Source: Octopus vulgaris
Taxonomy: Eukaryota
Assembly (NCBI GenBank): GCA_951406725.2
Contig: OX597823.1
Coordinates: 372,001-436,000, forward strand
Length of the DNA: 64,000 bases
Reading direction: 5' to 3'
This document shows, one piece after another, positions 15,550-27,505 of the stretch (the first letter of the stretch is position 1; every line of letters begins with the position of its first letter). The position numbers and the translations under genes were made by a program. The notes under the pieces are model-generated. The model saw only the letters and a program-made list of their open reading frames with translations, had not been told where the DNA came from and made no database searches.

Positions 15550-16900
15550 TGATTAGGGATCTCCAAGGTGTTAATATCACTAATGGATTCCTCATAACCA
15601 ATGTTCTCAATCCCCAGCCACTGAGCACTTGACAGGTTATCAACACTTTAGGTTCAGAGTTTTAAACCATTTTCTCCGGCTAAATGTGACTTCTAAATCT
15701 TGTTAGGACAAATCTCTCTCCAAATATTGTTGTTTGCTGCCTTGATCCTTCGCATCATTTTAGTCTTGTCTACAGAACTACTGAGTGTGGCCAAGTGCAT
15801 ATGTCCTTTGTTTCTATCTGACAACATTGAACAACAAAACCCAGAATACTGCATTACAATCTTTTCAGATACGAAAAGCACTGGGTAACACTTTCTGACA
15901 GTCTTTCAGGAAATCAAAGACCCTAATTCAAAATCTTCCTCTTACTTGACTGATTTATAGCTGGAATTCTAAGACTCCAGGATTGATTTCACAAAACAAT
16001 TCTCAAGATTTACACAATCAACCGTTGAGCCAGTTGGTAGACTTTTCAAAAATTGACCTGGTTTTTGTAGAACTTGTGCAAGACAGTGGAATCATTAAAA
16101 AGTTTCTGCTTAAATAATCTATTCTTCCTCTGCATATAATTCTGTCCAGGAATTTTGGGAAAGTAGGGCGACACCAGAAGCCAGTAATCATTTGTTTGTT
16201 CCCTATTATCGTTCTTATGAATTGGTGTTGTTATTGTTTCTTTCAATATTTCTGGTAGCTGTCCAGTGGTTAAGTAGTTCTAATAGAATATTTTCAAAGG
16301 ATTCGCAGGACTGGATTCGCAGGACTTGTGGAACTGGAGGGTCAGTTGGATTCCGAATGGAGTCTACATTAAGGTAGCTTATTAACGCAGTTCTGTCCGG
16401 TGGTTTTAAGCTTATATCTGCTAAGTTGCTGTGAGAATGGTAGAATATATCAGGCTGTTCAATTTGCTGCTCTTTTATTGACTGGGAAAAGACACTGTTG
16501 TATTAGTTCTATGAGCCAGATGATGAAGAACTGTCCATATGCATGCCACCTTCACATTGAAGTGGACTGATTTTCAATCAAGACTGGAGACACCCAAGCA
16601 TATAGGAAGAAAATCTCTAGATTTGATGTCATTCACTTAAGAGTTCTTTCCTTGATCTTCACTGGATGGTCACCAATACAGCTTCAAAGATTTTAATTTT
16701 AATCTTATTTTCAAATTTTGTTTATATCAGAACTGGGACATTGTGGTATTTTGTAACATCTGAAGGCTTCCTTACACAGTTTTGTCCATCACTGAGAACA
16801 ATATTCCTTTTTGTTTTTCTATTAGGATACCAGTTCTCAGTATTTCTCTGTGCAAATATTGTTTGGTTCTCTTGACTGGGTTATTTAAAAATAAATTAAC
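15550..16900 (-). mobile_element. Highly decayed CR1-like LINE remnant
   Basis: 16046..16246 (ITTPIHKNDNREQTNDY) resembles the RT N-terminal motif TPIHK...NYRP. Boundaries are approximate. Confidence 0.4.
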
Positions 16901-17073
16901 CTGTTTTACATGTGTGAATCTCTTCTTCTTCTCATTTTGGTGGAGGTCAACTTCCAAGAGTGGAAAATTGTGTCATTTGTGATTAGAATGCCATTTTTAG
17001 TATTGAGAGCCAAAGAGTTTTATGGCCAGAAGAAAATGAGCTTATTTTAGTATGTATCATCTCTAGCTTGTTG

Positions 17074-17123
<50 letters not shown>

Positions 17124-17357
17124 GCACAGAAACACATATGTACATTTGTATATGTTTGCAATATGTGTGTGTGTGTGTCTATATATATACACACACAGAG
17201 AAAAATATAAAGAGCGACTGATAATAAAAAAAAAAAGGTATGATAAGGGAGAGAGTGAAAGAAAGAGAAAAAGAAAAACAGTGATAGCTTCTACTACAGA
17301 TGGTTGGCTAGGTTACAGTACAATATAGAAAGTAACAAGTCAAAAACTTCAGCTCAC

Positions 17358-17438
17358 CTATCGGTTTGCTCACTAGTCCTACTAAGTCCAGGGTAGTAGT
17401 AGTCTGCACGGTCTTCCTGATCATATTTGTCATCATCC
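17358..17438 (-). CDS. Candidate 81-nt phase 2-2 exon of the host gene (DDDKYDQEDRADYYYPGLSRTSEQTD)
   Basis: Acceptor TTGCTTGTAG, donor AG|GTGAG, open frame, and phase compatible with the end of exon 40705-40793. No homology recognised. Confidence 0.55.
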
Positions 17439-17616
17439 CTACAAGCAAGCAAAGGATGGATGCATGCTAACAGTCTCCAGAAGGTTTAGGAAGTTAGAGC
17501 AGCATACCAGTCGACATAGTGACGTACGAGTATTTTGTGTTTGTGGGTGTTTTAGGGCAGGTCAACTCTTAAAGGTTTTTAAAAAAGATGAAGATTAAAT
17601 GAAAGAAATGGGGATG

Positions 17617-17655
<39 letters not shown>

Positions 17656-20600
17656 AGAGAAAGAGAGAGAGATAAGGATACAGGAAAACTTGAGAGAGGA
17701 AGAGGGAGACTTTAGTCATTGCAACGAGCATCTAAAGGTAGCAGTGCAAAGTTAGAGTCAGTGGAAGTGTTAGAAACATTCAGTATCACTGCAAAGGGAA
17801 TCGTGTTCTTTGAACTCTTTAAAACACACACACACACAACACAAAACACTGCACAATTTCTTCAATACCTATTGGTAATTTCCTTAATGAAACAAGATCT
17901 AATCACTGAGAGGCAGAAAACTTTGTGTCACATTGGACAACATATAAAACCAAGAACCAACTTGGACATTTTCTATATTGGCAGGTTCACTGCTAGACTG
18001 TAGACCATGTTACAATCTACATATTCCATTGAATCTATGTGGTACCCCAAATTTAAAGGCCTCTAGTCAAATTATTTTCACATAGCTAGTGCAACAATGC
18101 CAAGTTAAAATATAGACCAATGATCAAGCTCTTCAAGTTGAAACATTCCCAGAATTGTCCACAAAGTTTTTTTGTCTTTTTAATTGTTTGCAATGGGAGC
18201 AGTATTAATACCAAAAGGTGATCTTTACATCCAACTCAACATGAAATGCTGTGTTGTTAGCCTTGAGGGATCCTCTCATAGAGGAACTTGGTGCATAAGA
18301 GCACAAACACAGATTGTCACAAAGGAGAATCGTCTGTCAAGGGGCAGTGGAATTCCCATATCCTGCAATTTCATTCTACAGGAAATCAGCAGTGGGAAGC
18401 ATCCAGTCAAATCTCAAAGACATGATCTATGTGTGTGTTTTTACATAGCAGGCACCCGTATGATAGGATCTCTCAAGGCTAAACAAGACATCCATGTAAA
18501 GGTTTTATTGTTGAAAAACAAACTTCTATAACAGGGTTTTAATTTACTTTTGGTTCTAGTGTGTGACGTTCAAAATTAGAGATATGCTCATAAACTAATA
18601 TAAAATAAGTAATAATTCTGAACTTGATGGGAGAAAATGTCTCCTGAGTAAAAAGAAACAATGTTTACAATCATTCTACCAGATTTACTGCTTATGAATC
18701 ATTCCAAGAGAACCATTGCAAAGATGATGAACAATGGTTTTGGTTTGAATGTTTGTTTTACTATTGTGCAGGTTGTTTATTTTATTAAATGTAATGAATA
18801 CATAGTCTGTTGTATAGTGAATGTTGTGTAATTCACAATGATTTCATCAGATGAAGCTGTAGGCAAACTTGGCACAAACCTTGATTAATTTCAGAGGTTG
18901 AGTATTGACAAATGCCAAAGTCTCATTGCTATACTGGAATTTCATGCTACAGGTGTAGAAAATCTGTTTGTTTAGTTATGTCAGACACACACACACATAC
19001 ACCACAGAACCTCTCCAGAACTAGGCATCAATAGCTAAGTATTGTCCAAGCTTAATAAGATTATCTATGAAGAAAACCAAACAATACCAGTGAAAGTAAT
19101 CTCCACAAACAAAAAACAAAAACATCTTTGAATTCCCAAATAATTTCCTCTTTACTGGAGTGAAAGATACAACTGAGAGTAGCCAGACTGAGAGAAAATA
19201 ATTCACAAACAAGCCTAACAAATATGTCTTGCCATCATCAACGACTGAATGAATATCAGTATGGTGTTGATACCTATTCAATGTAGCAGTGTCAAAAGTG
19301 TTCAAAACATAAACACTGCCCAGAAATCAGTAGTAAACAGCAAGAGTGAAACATTAATGTAGTGTCTCCATTAAGCCAACACCTGCTCGTTACTACTACT
19401 GACAATATATACACTTACAAAAATATATATACACATGCATATATATAGTGTGTATGTGTGTGTGTGCAAGGGTCAATAAACTTTCATAGCATTTAGATTA
19501 CTCAGTCAAATAAAATGCTTATTTGTTTCTATCGTTTTGAATTCATCCTGCGTTATCTTGTAGCTTAGCGATATTGATGTGATTGTATATTTTTAGAATG
19601 ACATTGTAGGTTAGTTGTGAGAGGCTGGATCAAGCTGGTGTAAACATACAACAGGCAGAATATTTTGGCCAGACATGGATGGTTTAAATACAAAAGGGCC
19701 AAGTTGTGTGGCAAGTATATAAATGTCCCCGAATGTTGTTAATCTTAACCAAACTAACACTTACAGTTAAAATATTTCAGTGAAATTGAGATTTTTATCA
19801 GTAAATTACAATTGATATTTTACCCCGTGAAAGAAGCTGTGATTATCATGTACTCAGGGTAGAAGAGAATGCTTTTTATGTCTGAATGCACCAGGTTAGG
19901 ATAGGTGGAAGCCACATTAAATCTAGAAAACACTTAAAGGATAAGATCACTCTAGAACTGTTTAACTGTATACTGAACAGTAAAGGGTCTATAGAGAATT
20001 AGTAATATATTCCTTGGTGCTGGTATTCAGCAAGACTAGTGTAAGAAGATTTGGAAAGCTAGGATTCCCTGAAAGAGTATTTGCTTGAGATTTAGGTACA
20101 ATATATTCTAAGAAAAAAAATGCATTTCTGGTTTGTATTGATTCTCTAAGATTTTAGAGAAAAAGTTTGTATTTTTAAACCCCACTCAACAATAAATTTG
20201 AATGGTTTTTTTTTTTTCCAATACCAGTGAAATCTGTATTGTATTATTGTGAGGGGATTACAGCTGTGGTTCTTGCAATAGTATAAGGATTTTATGAATA
20301 ATGTTACAACAGTGAATAGGTTTAACACATTGTATTTTATAACAAGATGATAGATGAGTGTTATGGGAAGGACTATTCAATGTACTACAAATATAAAGTT
20401 GCAATTGAAGACAACTAAGGCAATGAGAATGTTTTGATTGTGGATATGTCTTAGCATTTAAAATACTTGAACATTTATTGGTAACCACGTGCTGCATTTA
20501 GTAGGGCAACACAGGAAGCTTTCTTACTGCTTCTCAGGTTAATCAAAAAGTCTCCATTTTTTTTATTGATAAGTAGACTTATTACTGAGCCCTTTCTGGG

Positions 20601-21069
20601 CAGAATTGTCACAAGTAATGAAAAGAGGGCCCTCTATAATTATATGCGATGAAAACAGTAGTTAGCAGCCAATGAAAAAGGAGAATCAATTCCTAAGTCA
20701 GGACTCCACCTGAAGAAAGTTATGTTGTGTGTGTGTGTGTCTCTAGTGGGATATGAAGAACATTGTCTCTCATGAAGAACATCAAATCAAAACAATTAAT
20801 GGAGAGGAGTCAATTGTTGTCAATTGGAAGCATTGCACTAAAACATTTGCAAGAAAACGGTCCAACAGCGATTGTTTGTGTATTTGCTCTTGCAGAATAT
20901 TGCAAGGAGCACACATCTTGCCAAAGTCATTCAAGAAAAGATTACGCTATTAAATATGGAGGTTTGGCTTCATCCACCTTACTCTTTCTTCTAACCCTTT
21001 CCCCATCCGACTTATTATCCTTTCAGTTTATTGCAATTAAGAGGGAAAACAACTGTAATATTATTTATT

Positions 21070-21285
21070 AATTGGGAAGAGGTTAAAGAAGATGTTGAGT
21101 GTTTCTTTGCTTGGAAACCTGAAGAATTTTACACCCAATTGATTGACAGTTTGCCAGATAGATAGGACTGTATTACCAATAACGAGAGGAAATATTATCT
21201 TGATTAAATATAATCAATTAAGGAAAAATAAGCATTTGTTTCTTTCTCATCTTGAAATGTGACAAGACATTCTTTCCAACCCTAA
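21070..21285 (+). mobile_element. Mariner 3' remnant
   Basis: Degenerate transposase end (EEFY...IDSLPDR) and TIR-like CTTTCCAACCCTAA-TA. Confidence 0.45.
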
Positions 21286-21470
21286 TATGTGCACATGAAC
21301 ACATACATGTATGAGTGTATGCATGGATATGAATGCTTCTATCTACATAAAGATAAATCTAAAAATAACCAAATATTAAATTGAAGAATCACTAAATGCT
21401 ATTGTACTTTGTAGGAGAAGAACATATTTTGTAGAAGCTGAATCTTTGGTCACTATCAACCTTTTTCTTG

Positions 21471-21513
<43 letters not shown>

Positions 21514-21718
21514 TAGATAAATGAATTATCTTATTACGGATAATTTGAAAGATAACCGATACCTGGGTAGCAAACTCACAACAGAAAGAACACGATTGAA
21601 GTTACGACCATAGGGCATATACTCCGTGCCTTAGTGCGGAAATTTGAAGTTTAATTTAATATAATAAGTATAGGAAAGAATGGAGCTGAGCGAAGATTTA
21701 ACAAAATTCCTTTATTTT

Positions 21719-21804
21719 ATTTTCGACATATGTTTCGAAGTCTGCAAAATTCCTAATTCCGAATGAATAAGGAGTCCATTATGCAGCTTTCTCTTCAGGA
21801 AAAT
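21719..21804 (-). ncRNA. Type I hammerhead ribozyme with extended stem II (left arm)
   Basis: Reverse complement of 26271-26356. Confidence 0.85.
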
Positions 21805-22340
21805 CCAGGAACTTCTTTCGCCAACAAAATGCACAACAAGTTTTTAGATGACAGCTCACGAGGAGCCCATAGCGATAATGATAAATAATGTCTATTTATA
21901 GGGGGTGACGTCAGATTGGTTGAATGTAGGAGAAACTGGCAGTTAATAGAGTTCAAGGGTTCAATCGAGTTTGGAGAAGGAAGGTAAAAGAATATTAAGG
22001 TGAGGGAATGCATTCTGTTTGACTGGTGTTTATATTGGATTTATTTTATGAATGAGTGCTCGTATGTATGAGTGTGTATAATTGCCTTAACGTGTGTGTG
22101 TGTGTAGAAGGCTGACAGAAAATTAACAGTCAGGAGGTGAAAGGACTGTGTCTGTGTGTTCAAATGTGTCAACTTAAGAGGGAGTGGGCAGAGAGGGCCC
22201 ACAATAGTAGTGACAAGACACGAGGGGACTACTGGAATTGGTGGCAGCTCTTAGCAATTATGAGAAAATCTTATAAACTAAAGGGCTGAGATATCACAAA
22301 TTAATTTTGTAGGAAATCCAGGGGTTATCTATATTAGACT

Positions 22341-24741
22341 TCATTGGTATGAGTGAAAGGTATGCTTTTTCCAGTGTAAGCATCTGAAAGATCTCTCGAC
22401 AATCGAGTTTATTACTTGGCCTCGGGCTAACAGAATATGAAAGAGTTCGGAATTACAGAGGGCACAGATTTTTCTGCCCTTATCAAACGGTAAGGACACC
22501 GACAATATTGACCATTCCAGCGTAAAAGTTGTATTTGCGTTCTTCAAATGCCAGACTAATTTGCTTAGCCCTGTGGTGTGCTGTTTACTCTTATCTCTGA
22601 ACGTGGAAAAATGATTGGAGACCCTTGTGGCTAATTTAGAGGAGGTTGCGCCAATATAGAGGTAGACATCGGATCCAGTAGAAATTTTGCACTGGTAAGT
22701 GGTGTTTCTAATTTTAGAGTTATTTGATAAGAACCTTAATCTATTGGGATTAGTTTCCGATACTAATACAGCGTTTTTATTTCTATGATGGGTGTAAAAA
22801 TTACTGCTGGATTTGGGCACGATACTATTCATCCTATTTTCATTACTATTTAAGGCAATATCACCTGCACATTCCCTGTTTCTGGGAATGCTGTGATTGT
22901 TATTGTCCGTAAAACTACTGTTGTTAAGAACGCTGCTACTATTATTGTTGAGACTCCCCCGTTAATGTCCTGGCCAGTGCTCTTATCCTTATTACTATTG
23001 TTAACGCCAATGCTGCTATGAAGGCTGCTAATATCTGTGCTATTTCTATTATTATTATTATTACTATATGTTACGTTGGAATTTGACAGGGCGGTGTCTC
23101 TGCTCATGGGTGATGAGACCTTATTTAGCAGTTTATTGTTATGGGAGGCAATTATCTGTGAGAGATTTTTAGTATTTGAGAAATCAATCCTTACTTTGTG
23201 CGAATTTATAGTGGAGTAATATCTCGAATTTCTGGGAAAATTCCTGGCAATGGCTTGGCGAAACTGTAAAAGGAGGTTAGATCTGATTTGTTTCCCAAAA
23301 GGAATCACAAACCAGATATAGTTTTTTCTGTTCTTGGACTGGCTCGGAGTGTTAAACCTTGCATTAAGGAGGGCATCTCTGTATTGAAGAATGGGTTTAG
23401 GCTTTCGATGGTGTCCCTTGGTCCCCAACTTATATATGTTAGCTATATTTGTGTTGACATTGCTAGAGCTACCATCACTACTTATATTATTTATATTATT
23501 GTAAGTTAACTGATCCTGATGAGCAAATACTGGTTTCGGAAAGGCCGGGTTGATATATGCTACCTTTTCCGTCTAACCGGCTTTTGACAGAGCGGCATTA
23601 TAGAATTCCGCTTTTTGCTTAAAAATGTCGATGTTGGCAGATAAATTTGATAATCTTAAAGAAATATTTTTAACTAAATTATCTGTGATAGTTTTTGCAT
23701 GGTTACTGAAAATACTGACATATTTTAGGTTTGTAGAAGGTTTATGGTAGGGGCAGTAAGAATTGCTATGCAGATTTAGGGTAACATCTAAGAAATTGGC
23801 CTTAGTTAGGTCGTTGTCGAAAACTATGTTCATGCCCATCCTACTAAAGAACCTAGCTAATCTATTTTTAGTTTTCTGTATCCTTCTGTTCGGGGCATTC
23901 TGTAGGTAAAAAAGACAATCGTCTCGATATAGACCGCCGCAGATGTCCGGGAATTGGTCGGCTAATTCATAGAGAATATAGATTCTGACCAAATCTGCTA
24001 TCTGGGCGCTATCTGAGCTTCCCATTGGCACATCGAACGCGTTGGGAGTATCCTTACGGACCCATAACTTATCTTCAAACTGTATAAAGGATTTTCTAGC
24101 CACTAGAATTATATTAATTTCCTCCCTTGTGAGGCCTGCCTTATTATGCGCGTGCCATAGGGCCTTATTGAGTACACTAGGGTTTATCGAGGGGTAGAAA
24201 TTAGCAATATCGAACTGAATGAACTTAGTGCTGCTTTTATTAGAAATGGAAGAAAACCAATTTACGACTTGTATGGAGCTCGCCCAAAGGTTGAGCTTAA
24301 GCTTATTAACTAATCTAGGTATGTATTTGTCTAAAATGTACTTACTGATGGAGCCGATGTCGGAACTAGAAGGGCATATGAGCCTTAATGCTGGATTGGT
24401 GTGAAAATTTGGTTTGTGGTCCTTAACGATGAATTTAGGTTGCCTTGGGTTCAGCGGTTGTGTTTTCATTTGTAGCCCATAATTTACCATAATTTCCTTA
24501 ATCTCCAAATTGACTCTTCTAAGTGTATTCTTATTTGTAGTTCTGTAATTCTTCTGGATTTCTTTCTTGAGTAACTCTAAATACTGGTTTATTGGTAGCT
24601 TGTAAGTATTCCTTGTTTTATCAGATTGGACCAGGATTCCGTCTGAGCTGTTTATATCCTTTGTGATTTTCCCGAGGTATCTAAGGTGTTCATTCCTAAG
24701 GGGCAACTTCCGGAATTTAATGTGATTCCTTAATGCCTTAA
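22341..24741 (-). pseudogene. Penelope-like RT + GIY-YIG ORF, 5'-truncated, with one nonsense codon and one frameshift
   Basis: Motifs QSDKT, KDHK, FDIANFYPSI, PMGSSDSA, GLYRDD, FLDVTLNL and SNH. A TAG at 23573-23575 separates same-frame ORFs 23573..24802 and 22850..23428. A 1-nt deletion near 22960 relative to the right arm shifts the frame. The EN region reads TYQCKI...YIGAT...CALCNSE...CLH. Confidence 0.92.
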
Positions 24742-24743
24742 TT

Positions 24744-25712
24744 GTGACTCCTTTTGGGAAACAAATCGGATCTAATCTCCCTTTACAGTTTCGCCAAGCC
24801 ATTGCCAGGAATTTTCCCAGAAATTCGAGATATTACTCCACTATAAATTCGCACAAAGTAAGGATTGATTTCTCAAATACTAAAAATCTCTCACAGATAA
24901 TTGCCTCCCATAACAATAAGCTGCTAAATAAGGTCTCATCACCCATGAGCAGAGACACCGCCCTGTCAAATTCCAACGTAACATATAGTAATAATAATAA
25001 TAATAGAAATAGCACAAATATTAGCAGCCTTCATAGCAGCATTGGCGTTAACAATAGTAATAAGGATAAGAGCACTGGCCAGGACATTAACAGGGGGAGT
25101 CTCAACAATAATAGTAGCAGCGTTCTTAACAACAGTAGTTTTACGGACAATAACAATCACAGCATTCCCAGAAACAGGGAATGTGCAGGTGATATTGCCT
25201 TAAATAGTAATGAAAATAGGATGAATAGTATCGTGCCCAAATCCAGCAGTAATTTTTACACCCATCATAGAAATAAAAACGCTGTATTAGTATCGGAAAC
25301 TAATCCCAATAGATTAAGGTTCTTATCAAATAACTCTAAAATTAGAAACACCACTTACCAGTGCAAAATTTCTACTGGATCCAATGTCTACCTCTATATT
25401 GGCGCAACCTCCTCTAAATTAGCCACAAGGGTCTCCAATCATTTTTCCACGTTCAGAGATAAGAGTAAACAGCACACCACGGGGCTAAGCAAATTAGTCT
25501 GGCATTTGAAGAACGCAAATACAACTTTTACGCTGGAATGGTCAATATTGTCGGTGTCCTTACCGTTTGATAAGGGCAGAAAAATCTGTGCCCTCTGTAA
25601 TTCCGAACTCTTTCATATTCTGTTAGCCCGAGGCCAAGTAATAAACTCGATTGTCGAGAGATCTTTCAGATGCTTACACTGGAAAAAGCATACCTTTCAC
25701 TCATACCAATGA
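24744..25712 (+). pseudogene. Inverted copy of the linker + GIY-YIG endonuclease region (open frame, no true start)
   Basis: 322-codon uninterrupted frame matching the left arm; it begins at the inversion breakpoint. Confidence 0.88.
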
Positions 25713-26270
25713 AGTCTAATATAGATAACCCTGGATTTCCTACAAAATTAATTTGTGATATCTCAGCCCTTTAGTTTATAAGATTTTCTCATAATTGCTA
25801 AGAGCTGCCACCAATTCCAGTAGTCCCCTCGTCTCTTGTCACTACTATTGTGGGCCCTCTCTGCCCACTCCCTCTTAAGTTGACACATTCGAACACACAG
25901 ACACAGTCCTTTCACCTCCTGACTGTTAATTTTCTGTCAGCCTTCTACACACACAATCACGCATTCACAGACACACACACACACACGTTAAGGCAATTAT
26001 ACACACTCATACATACGAGCACTCATTCATAAAATAAATCAAATATAAACACCAGTCAAACAGAATGCATTCCCTCACCTTAATATTCTTTTACCTTCCT
26101 TCTCCAAACTCGATTGAACCCTTGAACTCTATTAACTGCCAGTTTCTCCTACATTCAACCAATCTGACGTCACCCCCTATAAATAGACATTATTTATCAT
26201 TATCGCTATGGGCTCCTCGTGAGCAGTCATCTAAAAACTTGTGCATTTTGTTGGCGAAAGAAGTTCCTGG

Positions 26271-26356
26271 ATTTTCCTGAAGAGAAAGCTGCATAATGGA
26301 CTCCTTATTCATTCGGAATTAGGAATTTTGCAGACTTCGAAACATATGTCGAAAAT
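26271..26356 (+). ncRNA. Type I hammerhead ribozyme with extended stem II (right arm)
   Basis: ATTTTC-CTGAAGA-GAAAGCTGCA...TGCAGACTTC-GAAAC-ATAT-GTC-GAAAAT: perfect 6-bp stem I, intact core, palindromic ACATATGT at stem/loop III, GUC cleavage after 26350. Confidence 0.87.
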
Positions 26357-26408
26357 AAAATAAAGGAATTTTGTTAAATCTTCGCTCAGCTCCATTCTTT
26401 CCTATACT

Positions 26409-26446
<38 letters not shown>

Positions 26447-26449
<3 letters not shown>

Positions 26450-27131
26450 AATTGAGATAGGGGTTGTAATTGCAACCCTCCATGGGATAACATATATCCA
26501 ATATATTGCTAGTGAAGTACTCGTACTCTTGACTCTGTATATCTGCATTTAAGTATTAATATGTGTATGTTTTTCTACATTGTAATTATCACAATATTAA
26601 GTTAAAAAACTGTAACATTGAATGTGGAACATATGTATGTTTATTGATTTATATTATTTATATCATTATGTATATGTATATTTATATGTATAGGAGTATG
26701 AGTATATGCACTCAAACGTATATGTATATGTTTTATTATGGGTATGTACCCACACCTATATAAGTGTGTATGTAATCTGATTTGTATCACATAATCTCCG
26801 AAGAGGCCTTAGGATATTTTTGTAAATGTCTCATTTATAACTACATATTTACCTACCATAAATGGCTAATATAAGTAAAATGAGACATACTTATCTGCAT
26901 GGCCGAAACAGCTGTAAGATGTAGTCTATATTTATATTTACTTATATTTATATTCTCTTATACATATTGTACTTATTGTATAACATTACTCCTTTATGTA
27001 CACTGTTTTGTTCTACATTATTATGTTTGACCTTACAGTTTCTTATGTGGTGGTTTAATAAAGTATGAGATTGGGTATTATCTGGTAATTGATAATTGAT
27101 TTGGATGTATTTCCCCATTTTCTTATTTTGT
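26447..27131 (+). mobile_element. Non-coding Penelope-type element with an inverted terminal piece, in (TA)n
   Basis: 26560-27130 matches 52170-52675; 26447-26520 is the reverse complement of 52777-52850. It carries a hammerhead variant. Confidence 0.8.
26794..26920 (+). ncRNA. Hammerhead variant (CCGAAGA core, ~100-nt stem II)
   Basis: ATCT-CCGAAGA-GGCC...GGCC-GAAAC-AGCT-GTA-AGAT. Confidence 0.7.
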
Positions 27132-27168
27132 ATATATATATATATATATATATATAATAGGGTAAGAA

Positions 27169-27505
27169 GGCTAAAGACCCCCTCTGATCATGAATGACCA
27201 CAGGACTGCACTTAGAAAGTTACTCTCCGAAGCACAAATCTGGGTGTGGCTGTTTATGGAAGACCAGCAGTCACCTATGCATACCAGCCCCCCCTCCCTC
27301 TCTGTGCTATCAATGTTATCCTAAGGAAAGGTAAAGGCTGACACAGCTTGGCACCAATGAACATCGCATCTCATTTCTGCAGCTGAATGAACTGAAGCAA
27401 CAGGAAATAAAGTGTCTTGCTCAAGAACACACAACACAGTCTGGTCCGGGAAATGAAACTCACTACCTCATGACTGTGAGTCTGACACTCTAACCACAGC
27501 ATCAT
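27169..27505 (-). mobile_element. tRNA-derived SINE (related family)
   Basis: Minus-strand head TGCTGTGGTTAGAGTGTCAGACTCACAG and CORE-like TTCTTGAGCAAGACACTTTATT. Confidence 0.6.

Larger units (their letters stand above)
21511..26413 (-). mobile_element. Young Penelope-like retroelement (Hydra-clade-like): 5'-truncated unit plus a 1.65-kb inverted 3' copy, inserted in (TA)n
   Basis: Arms 21662-23311 (-) and 24742-26413 (+) are near-identical inverted repeats around the RT. (TA)n lies on both flanks, each arm has a hammerhead, and there is a 150-bp one-sided tail at 21511-21661. Confidence 0.93.

Noticed and set aside
18197-18330. Similarity with 53236-53400
   Set aside because: It looks like an old dispersed repeat too decayed to classify.
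23516-23560. CTGATGAG followed by a hairpin, resembling a hammerhead
   Set aside because: There is no correctly placed GAAAC/stem III/stem I, and it is the antisense of in-frame PLE coding sequence.
23573-23575. Programmed readthrough or selenocysteine in the PLE ORF
   Set aside because: The codon is TAG, not TGA, at a position where Tyr (AGY) is expected. A point mutation is simpler; other copies are needed to exclude recoding.
24742-24802. N-terminus MAWRNCKGRLDPICFPKG of the 409-aa RT ORF
   Set aside because: It is read from the antisense of the inverted arm across the breakpoint and is not a true start.
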